Shown here: positions 18,843 to 28,689 of the stretch, piece by piece
How positions within the stretch are numbered: the stretch's first letter is position 1
How the letters are laid out: every line of letters starts with the position of its first letter
Source of the DNA: an uncultured Anaerofilum sp.
GTDB taxonomy: Bacteria; Bacillota; Clostridia; Oscillospirales; Ruminococcaceae
Reading direction: 5' to 3'
Length of the DNA stretch: 64,000 nt
Assembly: GCA_944385945.1 (NCBI GenBank)
Contig: CALWZD010000070.1
Coordinates: forward strand, 30,605-94,604
Program-made: the position numbers and the translations under genes
The notes under the pieces: generated by a model
The model's input: only the letters and a program-made list of their open reading frames with translations
Told to the model about the DNA's origin: nothing
The model's database searches: none

Positions 18843-21155
18843 ATGCATAGAAATCTATCACACGACCAACACGGCTTTACCATTCAGGAAATGCTGATCA
18901 CGGTCGCCATTATGGTCTGTTTGCTGGCGGTCACGATAGTGGGCATCGCTACATATGCGCAGCATCTGCAAATTACAGAACTGGATAACGCTGCTCGGCA
19001 AATTTATATGGCAGCACAAAACCGTGCTATTCTGTTAAAGAATGATCAGGCGTTGGAAGAATATATTATCAAGCAAAGTTCGGTTGCAGGAGAGCCTCCT
19101 TTGAACGAGATGCCCAATGTAGACAAAACGCCAAACAGTGATGTCACTACCCAGATCACGGCGTATTATGTTGCACATGATGATGAGCATATCCAGCAGC
19201 TTTTGCCGACCGGAAGTATCGACCCTGCCTTATGGGAAGGGGATTTCTACATCATTTACGAGCCGACGAGCGCAAGCGTTGTAGATGTGTTTTACTCAAA
19301 GAAAGAATTGCCGATCGAGGGCGACTTTGAAACATTTTACCGCAAATGGCGTGGATACGACAAAAGTGTTCGCATGAAAAACGATCCCATGATCGGTTAT
19401 TATGGCGGTGAAGCAGCAGACAGTGGCACGGCAATGGCTTTGCGTACACCCGTTATCAACATTTACAACGAGGAAACTTTGGAAGTAGAAGTCACCTACT
19501 GGGTTCCGAGTTCGCTGAATAATAAGGTGGACTTTAGCCTTACTTTCGAATATCAAGGCGAAAGCTGTGCATTGCCGGTCGATGATTTTGATAAGATCCT
19601 CGAATTTGATTATTATAGATACACAAAAACTTACCTGCTGGATTCGGTAGAGGAGGGCAAGCAGTTCTAAGATTTCCTTGATTTGCAATTTCCGGGGGAA
19701 TCGTTTATCCTTGGCAATGAGTTTACTGTCACAGCCGAAATCCAACCCGCCGAGGGGATAGGCGAAGTGACCGTAAACGGAGCCAAAAAGACAGCGACCG
19801 ACAACAGTTTGTTTGCTGCCACAAGCACTGCCGACCGTGCGGATGTTGCTTATATGCGCCATCTGCAAAATTTGGATGCTGATTTTTCGGGTGTACAGGG
19901 AAAGACCGCAGCGATGCAGACAAAAGACATCACCTGTGTGGCTGATTACGACTTCGACCCGATCGAAAACAGCGAATTGCAATCTTACGACGGACAAAAT
20001 TATCGGATCAGCGACCTGAATACACAGAAAACAGAAAACGCCGGCTTGTTTGGAAACTTTGCCGGAACCGAAACGAAAGCAAAAGAACTGGTCGATGTTT
20101 GCCTTGTAAATGCACAGGTACAAGCGACGCAAAATGCCGGTGTACTGGTGGGCAATGGACAATACTTGACTTTGAGCGGCAGTGAAGTGTACTGGGAAAA
20201 CCGCTCGGCAGCTGCGACCAACCTGCGTGATATTTTGGGCAACAGTACCGATGGGCTGAACTATAAAGTGTTGAGTGACCAATTTGCCGGTGGCTTGGCA
20301 GGTGCTCTAAGCAACTCCACCATTAAAACAAGTTTTGCTTCCAGCTTGTTTAACGGCAAAACAGTTGGAGGCTTGGTTGGTGATGCCCAGAATGTTACCG
20401 TTTCGGCTAGCTATGCAGACGCATATTTGCAGGGCGAACGGAGTGGCGGTTTGTTTGGTGACAATACATCTGCCATTGCAAACACTGTTTCGGACAGCTA
20501 TGCGGTTGGCTATGCCGAGTTGGAAAACAACAGTGTTGCTGCGGGTATTGGTATGGGGAATAATACTATAACCCGTTGTTACAGTGCGCTGCTTTATTCG
20601 GGAGAGGGAACAAAATATGCTTTGACCCAAAGCGGAAGTTGTACCGATGCTTATTATTTGGAGGCACAGGAAGTGCAGACGAATACCAACGGTGCAGTTT
20701 CTGTTTCGTATGACGATTTGACCAATCCCACAAAATGGAGTGCATTGTTTGGCAGCGAGCATATTTTTGCCGAAAAATCTTCTGTGGCTTCGCACCCCTA
20801 TAACCTGCAAACCAGCCTGCTGCTCGATCGCTACAACTATCCCGGTTTGCACGACATCGACCATTGGGGCGATTGGGGCGCACGTTTCCGCAATGGAAGC
20901 CTCGTCTATTATGAGGTGTATGACGAAGGCAGCGGAAACACAAGCTATGGCTTCAGTGGCGGTGGCATCGACCTGTTGAAAAACGATAAGCCCATTTTGA
21001 AAGATGGCTATGCCGTTGCAAGCGACAGCGTAAATGCTACCATTGATACCACGCTGACCATTGTGTACGAAACACAAGGTGGAACCAACACATTAACAAA
21101 AGAGTACAAAAATAATCCCGCACAAGACCAACTGCCGGTTTATACGGTGTCTTCT
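18843..21155 (+). pseudogene. Large prepilin-type (N-methylation) adhesin-like protein with GLUG-like repeats; in-frame TAA at 19668-19670 and truncated C-terminus
   Basis: QHG|FTIQEMLITVAI type IV prepilin motif; ORFs 18843-19670 and 19683-21575 share one frame across a single TAA; AGLFG/AGVLVG/AGGLAG/VGGLVG repeats. Confidence 0.8.
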
Positions 21156-21575
21156 GCAGTCGACGAAAAAACGCATCTTTTGCCCGATGCTCTGCTGCTT
21201 GCAGCGGTGGTAAACCGCTTGATGTTTTTGTTCGTGTTGGGGCAGCCGCTTGGCACGACACTGCCACAAATGCTGCTTGGTGCAGTGAGCGTATCGGTGC
21301 CGCTGCTCGGACTGGTTTTGCTGATGGACAAACTGCTGGGAAAAGAAAGCATGGGCGGCGGTGACATTAAACTGCTGTTTGTAATGGGACTATACGCAAG
21401 CTGGATGCAAATGCTGCTGGTGCTGTTTGTGGCGTGTTTGCTGGGGCTTGTGTGGGCAGCCGCTGCAAAAAAACAGGCAGCCATTGCGTTTGGTCCGTTT
21501 TTGGCGTTGGCATTCGGCATTGTGCTGCTGTTTGGCGATGGCTTTATTGCATGGTATCAACAACTGTTGACTTAA
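21156..21575 (+). pseudogene. pilD: C-terminal half of a prepilin peptidase (A24), fused in-frame to the upstream adhesin
   Basis: D..THLLPD, MGGGDIKLL, IAFGPFLA motifs; no own start and no N-terminal CxxC domain. Confidence 0.8.
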
Positions 21576-21592
21576 AAAGGAGAATCGTTTTT

Positions 21593-22547
21593 ATGGCGAA
21601 AACAAAAATTGCATTCGACATCGGCAATAACAGCGTGAAAATTGCCGTTGTGAAACGGGACGAGATGGAACTGCACGAGATCCGTCTGCCACAGAATATG
21701 ATCCAAAACGACGTGCAGGCGACCCCCAGTGCCTTTGCCGAGTTTTTGAAAAAACAACGCAAAGAAAAAAATCTGCCGTTTGGTGACCATGCCTCGCATG
21801 ACCCAAAACCAGCTGTTGCTGAACCTGCCGTATGAATTCAGCGAGTTTATCCAAGGCGAGCCGGAACAGTATTACTGCGACTATGCGCTGTGCGAAACCC
21901 CCGACGCCCAACAGGCAGACCAGCAAATGAGCATGATGGCAGCTGCTGTTTCCAAAGAAACCGTTTATGGCTATGGCGGTACCTTTGCACGTGCCGGATT
22001 TTCGATGAAAGCGATGCTGCCACAGGAAATGGCATTGATCGAACTGGTAAAAGCCTACCGCAAACGAAACCCCAACGCCCCCAAAGAGTTTTGCTTTGTC
22101 GATCTGGGCTACACCTCTACCCGCATCGCCATCATCAATCAGGATTACCTTTCGGCAACCCGTCAGGTGGAACTGGGTGGACGTGACCTCGACGAGGTAG
22201 TCGCCGACCTGCTGAATGTAGATGCTTTCCTGTCCGACACCTACAAACGCTCCAACCATCTGGACGTGCTGAACAATCCACGTTGCTTGGAACTATACGA
22301 ACGCACCGCCGTGGAAACATTGAAAGTAATCAACTTTTACAGCTTTACCAACCGTCAAAGCCAACTGGACGGCATCTATCTGATCGGTGGCAGTGCCAAC
22401 ATCCCCGCACTTCGTCAAATCTTTGCCGACGTGGTGGGTATGCCCATCTTGGACGCTGCGGAACTGGTACCCGGAAAAAATAAAGACCCCCAACTGTGCC
22501 ATACCGCACTTCGTGCAGTAGGCATGGCTTTGGCAGAGGAGGGCTAA
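21593..22547 (+). pseudogene. pilM: Type IV pilus assembly protein PilM, frameshifted near 21775
   Basis: IAFDIGNNSVKIA in one frame; LVTMPRM, FVDLGYTST, IYLIGGSANI in another. Confidence 0.82.
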
Positions 22548-22550
22548 ACG

Positions 22551-23132
22551 ATGAATTGGAATCGTCCCATCAATACCCCAAAAGATACATACCCCACCAA
22601 ACGCAGCATGAACCTATTTATCAAGGTCGACCGCACCACAAAACCGGCATCCATTGCGCTGTATGTCCTGTTTGCGTTGGTGGTGTTGCTGGCACTTGCC
22701 AAAATTTTGGTCTTTGACCGCTGGATGGCTGTGAACGAATTGCAGCAGCAGTACGACGCATTGGAGCGCACCGTCGAGCAGCAGACCGAACAGTTGGCAA
22801 ATTACAGCGAGATCGAACGGGAATATATCCTCTATTCTTCCACCGAAGAAGAAAAAACGATGGTCGACCGCATGGAGATATTGAACCTCATCGACTCCGC
22901 TGTACGTCCTGTCGCCGACATTTCCAGCATTTCCATCAAAGGAACGCAGGTCTTGGTGCAGTTCGGCGGTATCTCTCTGAGCGAAACCGCACAGGTCGTA
23001 ACCGAACTGGAAAAATCTCCCCTTGTGGCAAAAACCACCGTGGATACTGCTTCCTCGTTAGAAGAAAATAAAGATGTGGTTGATGCGAACATTTTGATCG
23101 AATTAAACGTGCAGGAGGAACCGCAAGCATGA
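22551..23132 (+). CDS. PilN-like pilus alignment protein
   Basis: SMNLF motif, TM helix, coiled coil; lies after pilM. Confidence 0.7.
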   Translation: MNWNRPINTPKDTYPTKRSMNLFIKVDRTTKPASIALYVLFALVVLLALAKILVFDRWMAVNELQQQYDALERTVEQQTEQLANYSEIEREYILYSSTEEEKTMVDRMEILNLIDSAVRPVADISSISIKGTQVLVQFGGISLSETAQVVTELEKSPLVAKTTVDTASSLEENKDVVDANILIELNVQEEPQA

Positions 23133-23682
23133 GAAAATTGACCATCCGTGAAAAATTTTTGCTGCTCATTTTGACGGTCCTTCTGCTGGTGAGCGGGTAT
23201 ATTTTGCTGGTGCATATGCCGCTGGAACAGCAGACCCAGACTTTGACCCAACAGATCGCCGACACCGAGGAAATCATTCTCATCGGCGAAGCAAAACTGC
23301 AAAATCAAACCGCCATGCAGCGTGAACTGAAAGCACTGTACGAAAAAATCCAAACCCCATCAGTATGTCGGCTTACGATAACCAACAGGCAGTGATGTTC
23401 GAACTGAACAGCATCCTGAAAAACAGCCAAAGTTACTCGCTTAGCTTCGGCACGGTGGATTCCAGCCAAAGTATCGTGCGCCGCAGTATCTCTATGCAGT
23501 TCACCGCTGTAAATTACGACGCTGCAAAAGATATTTTGCAACAGCTGCACGACAGCCAGTATCGCTGTTTGCTGAATGATGTGAACATCGCCAGCGGTAC
23601 CGCCGATGTGAGCGTGACAGCCTCGATCATTTTCTTCGAGCATCAGTTCGACAAAGGCGCCGGCAGTACCACCCAGCCCTGA
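23129..23682 (+). pseudogene. PilO-like protein, frameshifted in an A6 run at 23343-23348
   Basis: LTIREKFLL TM start; adding one A joins it to the 23365-23682 ORF (YEKNPNPISMSAYDN). Confidence 0.75.
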
Positions 23683-23853
23683 TTCTTGCAAAAAAATTCC
23701 TGCCAAAGCTTGTTCACCTAAGCGGTTTTGGCAGGAGTTTTTGTTTGCCGTGTCGGTAAAATAGTGACAGTGGGTTTTCTTTTTGCATATAAATGTGATA
23801 TGATGATAAAATAAGCGCACCTTATTTTGTGCAGTGAAAGGAGAAGATGTAAA

Positions 23854-24060
23854 ATGACCGATGAAAAAATCCAGCGCATCAATGCGCTTGCTAAAAAAAG
23901 CCGTACCCCCGAGGGTCTGACCGCCGAGGAAAAATTGGAACAAGCTGCACTTCGCCGAGAATATATCGACGCAATGAAACAAAGCTTGAAAAGTCAACTG
24001 GACGCCAGCGTGGTGATCCGTCCGGACGGCAGCAGCTACAAGCTGACCCAAAAGCAATAA
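23854..24060 (+). CDS. DUF896 (YnzC/UPF0291) family protein
   Basis: IQRINALAKKS..GLTAEEKLEQAALRREYI. Confidence 0.9.
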   Translation: MTDEKIQRINALAKKSRTPEGLTAEEKLEQAALRREYIDAMKQSLKSQLDASVVIRPDGSSYKLTQKQ

Positions 24061-24091
24061 GTCGCTGCGGTAAGGAAAAGAGGAGATTTAT

Positions 24092-25261
24092 GTGACTGAG
24101 TTTTTATTGAAGCATTTTGTAAGGGGTTATCCCGATGTGCAAAATGCCGATGTGCGCAGCCGATGCGGAAATTTGGCAGGCGTAGTGGGCATCGTGTGCA
24201 ATCTGCTGCTGTGCGGATTTAAATTTGTGGCAGGCATTTTGAGCGGAAGCGTTGCCATTTCCGCCGACGCAGTGAACAATCTGTCCGATGCGTCCTCCAG
24301 TATCATCACTTTGCTTGGCTTCCATATGGCAGCAAAACCCGCCGATGCCGAGCATCCGTATGGGCATGGGCGCACCGAGTATCTTTCCGGCTTGGCAGTA
24401 AGTGTGATGATTTTATTGATCGGCATTGAATTGGTGAAAAGCAGTGTCGAAAAAATCATTTCCCCCAAACCTATCGAGGTGGGGTATCTGTCGCTCGCCA
24501 TTTTGGTAGTGTCCATCGCCGTAAAGTTCTGGATGTCGGCGTTTAACAAAAAAGTGGGCAAAATGATCGGTTCTTCGGTGCTGGAAGCCACCTCTGCCGA
24601 CAGCCGAAACGATGTCATCACCACCACCGTCGTGCTGGTCGCTGCACTGTTGCAAAAAGTGTTTGCGTGGCAATTGGACGGTTGGTTCGGTTTGGCAGTG
24701 GCACTGTTTATCCTGTACAGCGGTTGGGGATTGGTGAAAGACGCCATCGCACCGTTGCTGGGACAAGCACCTGACCCCGAACTGGTAAACCATATCGTCG
24801 AAGTGACCCGCAGCTATCCCGGTGTGTTGGGCATCCACGACGTGATCGTACATGATTACGGTCCCGGCAGACAGTTTGCCAGCTTGCACGTCGAAATGGC
24901 TGCCGATGTGGACGTGTTGCAAAGCCATGATGTCATCGACTGCATCGAACGTCGGTTTTTGCAGCAGGACAATCTGCACGTCATCATCCATTACGACCCC
25001 GTGGTAAGCGACAATGGGCAGACACAGCAGATACGGGAATACCTGAGCCAACAGCTCAAGACCATCGACCCCAACATCACCCTGCACGACCTGCGAATGG
25101 TGCCGGGAGAAACCCACACCAACCTCATTTTTGATGTGGTCATTCCGCATGGCTTCGACAAAATGCCTGCTTGTCGACTGAAAGCCGAGATCGAACAGAT
25201 GGCAAAAAAGAAAAACCCAGATTGGTGCTGTGTCATCACAGTGGAAACCAGCTATACATAA
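24092..25261 (+). CDS. Cation diffusion facilitator family transporter
   Basis: ADAVNNLSD, HPYGHGRTEY, DSRND, VHDYGP. Confidence 0.93.
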   Translation: MTEFLLKHFVRGYPDVQNADVRSRCGNLAGVVGIVCNLLLCGFKFVAGILSGSVAISADAVNNLSDASSSIITLLGFHMAAKPADAEHPYGHGRTEYLSGLAVSVMILLIGIELVKSSVEKIISPKPIEVGYLSLAILVVSIAVKFWMSAFNKKVGKMIGSSVLEATSADSRNDVITTTVVLVAALLQKVFAWQLDGWFGLAVALFILYSGWGLVKDAIAPLLGQAPDPELVNHIVEVTRSYPGVLGIHDVIVHDYGPGRQFASLHVEMAADVDVLQSHDVIDCIERRFLQQDNLHVIIHYDPVVSDNGQTQQIREYLSQQLKTIDPNITLHDLRMVPGETHTNLIFDVVIPHGFDKMPACRLKAEIEQMAKKKNPDWCCVITVETSYT

Positions 25262-25303
25262 ACAAAGCGACCGGAAAAAATCATTCCGGTCGCTTTGCTG
25301 TTT

Positions 25304-26035
25304 TCAGTCGATTTTTATGTAGCTTTCCAAATCGTCCGGCAACTGTACGGTAACATCATCGCCCGTGTTCAAAATGTCGATCTTCATTAAAAAGGTAGAG
25401 TCGGTGCTTTCACTCTGGTCCAGTACCAAGGGGGCTTCTAAGGTGATGGACTCAAACTCGCCCGACCGTGCAATGACCGCTGAAAATTCCACGGTTTGCA
25501 GCGCAAACGGTGCCGATCCGGTAAATTGCTGCAAAGATGCCGAAACGGTTTGTGAAAGCTGGTCGCCATCAAAGGAACCGCTCAGCACAGTGCTTCCCCC
25601 CGCACTCGATTGCGCAGTAAGCGAGGCTAGATCGTCTTCCGAGAGTTCGCTCCATGTCGACAGCAGCACATAAAACGACGGAGAAGGGGTACCGTTTTCC
25701 TGTACCGTTTTTGCGCCCAACTGGTTGACATACCGTTTTCCGTCTAGGGTATAAAGATTGCCCGAAAGCTCCATGCCCAGCATGGAAACCGAGAGATCGG
25801 TAGCAGAAACAGGCGACTCGCCCAGCTGGATGGCACTGTCCATCGTCACCGAAACAGGCATCGTTACCCCTTGGGCAGAAAGCTGAAGTTCCAACTGTGT
25901 GTGGGCTTGCAATGCGGATTGGGAAAGGGTGGTGCTTACGGCTTGCTGAAACAGTTGTTGCGGTGTTTTTTGGGAACAACCGCACAGCAGCAAAATACAG
26001 GCGAACGACAGGAAAAGCAAAACTTTTTGTATCAT
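25304..26035 (-). CDS. Hypothetical lipoprotein
   Basis: Signal peptide with lipobox LCGC; RBS AGGAG. Confidence 0.75.
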   Translation of the reverse strand: MIQKVLLFLSFACILLLCGCSQKTPQQLFQQAVSTTLSQSALQAHTQLELQLSAQGVTMPVSVTMDSAIQLGESPVSATDLSVSMLGMELSGNLYTLDGKRYVNQLGAKTVQENGTPSPSFYVLLSTWSELSEDDLASLTAQSSAGGSTVLSGSFDGDQLSQTVSASLQQFTGSAPFALQTVEFSAVIARSGEFESITLEAPLVLDQSESTDSTFLMKIDILNTGDDVTVQLPDDLESYIKID

Positions 26036-26046
26036 TTTCCCTCTCC

Positions 26047-26964
26047 TCACAATCTCGAAAATTCCACGGCGATCTTTGCAGCGGTGCAAGCGTTGTGATA
26101 AGCAAGCTGCAAATTGGTCGAAAGGCTTTTTCCGTCGGTGTATTGCAAAAGCTTGTCCAGCAAATAAGGGGTCAGCCGTTTTCCGGTGATCTTATTGCGC
26201 TGTGCGTCCTCCAGAGCCATCTGAATGATACGATCCATTTCGTCAAAATCCAGTGCGTATTGCTCCGGAACAGGGTTTGCAATGAGTACACCTCCCGTCA
26301 GCCCCAGATCCCATTTCGTCTTTATGATGCGGGCGGCTTCCTGCTCGTCTTTCACGGCATAGTCTACTCCATAGCCGCTCTTTCGGCAGTAAAATGCGGG
26401 GAAATCTTCGCTCCGCATTCCAAGCACAGGCACCCCCATCGTTTCCAGATATTCCAAGGTCAGCCCAATGTCCAAAATCATTTTTGCACCGGCACATACG
26501 ACAGCGACCGGTGTATGGGCGAGTTCTTGCAGGTCGGCAGAAATATCCATGCTGGTTTGTGCGCCACGATGCACTCCTCCGATGCCGCCGGTCGAAAATA
26601 CACGGATACCGGCAAGACTTGCGAGAATCATGGTCGATGCAACGGTCGTAGCACCCGTTTTACCGGTTGCGACCAGAATGGGCAGGTCACGTCGGCTTGC
26701 TTTTTCGATGTTTGTTCCACGGCAGAGCGATTCCAGCTCAAAATCTTCCAGCCCCACCCGCAGCCGTCCATTGATGACAGCGGTGGTGGCAGGAACAACA
26801 CCGTGACCACGAATGAGGCTTTGCACACGGTAGGCAAATTCCAGATTTTGCGGCCATGGCAGCCCGTGTGACAAAATCGTGCTTTCCAGCGCAACGACCG
26901 GTTTGCCCTCCCGTACAGCTGCCTCTATTTCGGGAGCGATCGAAAGATAATGGCTTAGATTCAT
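26047..26964 (-). CDS. psuG: Pseudouridine-5'-phosphate glycosidase
   Basis: VVALESTILSHG, KASRRD, GATTVAST, TGGIGGVHRG, DISADL. Confidence 0.95.
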   Translation of the reverse strand: MNLSHYLSIAPEIEAAVREGKPVVALESTILSHGLPWPQNLEFAYRVQSLIRGHGVVPATTAVINGRLRVGLEDFELESLCRGTNIEKASRRDLPILVATGKTGATTVASTMILASLAGIRVFSTGGIGGVHRGAQTSMDISADLQELAHTPVAVVCAGAKMILDIGLTLEYLETMGVPVLGMRSEDFPAFYCRKSGYGVDYAVKDEQEAARIIKTKWDLGLTGGVLIANPVPEQYALDFDEMDRIIQMALEDAQRNKITGKRLTPYLLDKLLQYTDGKSLSTNLQLAYHNACTAAKIAVEFSRL

Positions 26965-27123
26965 CAGAAACACCCCTTTGCTGAAAAATGCCCGCCTTAC
27001 GGGAAAAAATGGAAGATGTCTACCCGTATTGTACAGAAAAAAAGCAAAAAAAACAAGCTTGTCTGCATAAATCGGACGCTTCGTAGCACACTAATGATAA
27101 ATTTACAAAAGAGGAGAGAGGCT

Positions 27124-27888
27124 ATGAACAAGCAAAATCCAGTGGTACGATTTTTGCGTGGCAAGGGCTTTTATCTGGTGCTGGCAGGCTGTGTGCTGAT
27201 CGCAGCAACTTGCAGTTTCCTTGCAATTCGCAACATGATGACCGAATTGAACGAAAATACCGCTTCGTCGGTAGGAACAGGAGATGACGAATGGACAGAG
27301 CAGCCGATTGTACCCACATTGCCCGAAACACCTGTAGAAAACAAGGCAAGCAGTGTACCAGTTACTTCCAAACCGGCAAGCTCGCAGGCCGCATCCTCGG
27401 CATCGTCCTCCTCGGCAGCATCGTCGCAGCCGCAGCCTTCCGCTTCCAGCGCACAGCAAGAGCCTGCCGCAGCATCTCTGCCCTCCTTTGTGCAGCCGGT
27501 TTCTGGGCAGATCTTGTACGCTTTCAGCGGTGATGAGTTGGTGTTCAACGAAACGTTGGGCGATTGGCGCACCCATAACGGCACCGACTTGGCAGCAACT
27601 GTGGGCGAAGAAGTGAAAAACGCTATGGCTGGCACCGTCACCAAAGCATATGAAGATGGAAACTGGGGCGGTGTCGTAGAAGTGAACTGCGGCGAGTATA
27701 CGCTGCGGTATGCAGGGCTTTCGATCCCGTTGGCAGTTGCCGAAGGCGATGCACTGGCAGTGGGCGACATCCTCGGAAAGGTCAGCGAAGTTCCCTGCGA
27801 AAACGGAATGGATGCCCATTTGCACGTGGAAGCAATGAAAGACGGAGAATACGTCGATCCTGCCCAGTGGTTGGAGCAAAACGATTAA
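27124..27888 (+). CDS. M23 peptidase-domain membrane protein, SpoIIQ-like
   Basis: KGFYLVL TM, Ser/Ala-rich linker, WRTHNGTD and HLHVE motifs; GCATA-N17-CACACTA forespore-type promoter at 27065-27093. Confidence 0.8.
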   Translation: MNKQNPVVRFLRGKGFYLVLAGCVLIAATCSFLAIRNMMTELNENTASSVGTGDDEWTEQPIVPTLPETPVENKASSVPVTSKPASSQAASSASSSSAASSQPQPSASSAQQEPAAASLPSFVQPVSGQILYAFSGDELVFNETLGDWRTHNGTDLAATVGEEVKNAMAGTVTKAYEDGNWGGVVEVNCGEYTLRYAGLSIPLAVAEGDALAVGDILGKVSEVPCENGMDAHLHVEAMKDGEYVDPAQWLEQND

Positions 27889-28122
27889 ATCAAGACAGTA
27901 TGCCACAAAGGCGTCCGCTTCCCATTCGGTGTGGAAAGCGGACGCCTTTGTGACGTTTCAATGGTTGAATAAAACCGAAAAATGTGGTATTCTTATCTAG
28001 ATTATAAGAAGTGTGCCTTTTTGTCTGTACGACCGTTTTAACAGACGAAAACAGGAAAAACGTGTTGTGCGTTTTTTTGCTGCACGACCAAGCTTCGAGT
28101 TTAAAGTGAGGTAAATCCAAGA

Positions 28123-28689
28123 ATGGGAAAATTTAATTTTATCAAGACCGAACTGGACGGTGTGGTCATCATCGAGCCTACGGTTTTTGGTGACGAGCGT
28201 GGATATTTCATGGAAACCTATCAAAAAGAGGAGTTCGCTGCTGCGGGCATCGACCGTGACTTTGTGCAGGACAATCAAAGCAAAAGCAGCAAGGGCGTTT
28301 TGCGGGGTCTGCATTTTCAGACCGAGCATACCCAAGGAAAACTTGTGCGTGTGGTAAGCGGTGAGGTGTTCGACGTCGCCGTAGATTGCCGCCCGAACAG
28401 CAAGACCTTTGGCAAATGGACAGGTGTGATCCTTTCGGCAGAAAATAAACGTCAGTTTTATGTTCCCGAGGGGTTTGCACACGGCTTTTTGGTACTTAGC
28501 GACGAGGCAGAGTTCACCTATAAATGCACCGATTACTATACCCCCTCTGCCGAAGGCGGTATCCCCTACAACGATCCCACCATCGGGGTGGAATGGCCTG
28601 ACTGTGGCTGTGAGTACAAGCTGAGCGCAAAAGATAAGGAGCATCCTGCTTTTGCCGAGCAAACATTCTCGTTTTTTGAAAGGTGGTAA
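28123..28689 (+). CDS. rmlC: dTDP-4-dehydrorhamnose 3,5-epimerase
   Basis: DERGYFMET, QDNQSKS, LRGLHFQ, PEGFAHGF. Confidence 0.96.
   Translation: MGKFNFIKTELDGVVIIEPTVFGDERGYFMETYQKEEFAAAGIDRDFVQDNQSKSSKGVLRGLHFQTEHTQGKLVRVVSGEVFDVAVDCRPNSKTFGKWTGVILSAENKRQFYVPEGFAHGFLVLSDEAEFTYKCTDYYTPSAEGGIPYNDPTIGVEWPDCGCEYKLSAKDKEHPAFAEQTFSFFERW

Noticed and set aside
19668-19670. Programmed stop readthrough or recoding of the TAA in the pilin-adhesin
   Set aside because: TAA is a normal stop throughout the window, there is no SECIS-like signal, and neighbouring genes are also damaged, so pseudogenisation is simpler
17153-23700. Integrative island inserted at tRNA-Lys carrying the pilus genes
   Set aside because: No integrase, no duplicated tRNA 3' end seen, and the housekeeping gene queH directly follows the tRNA
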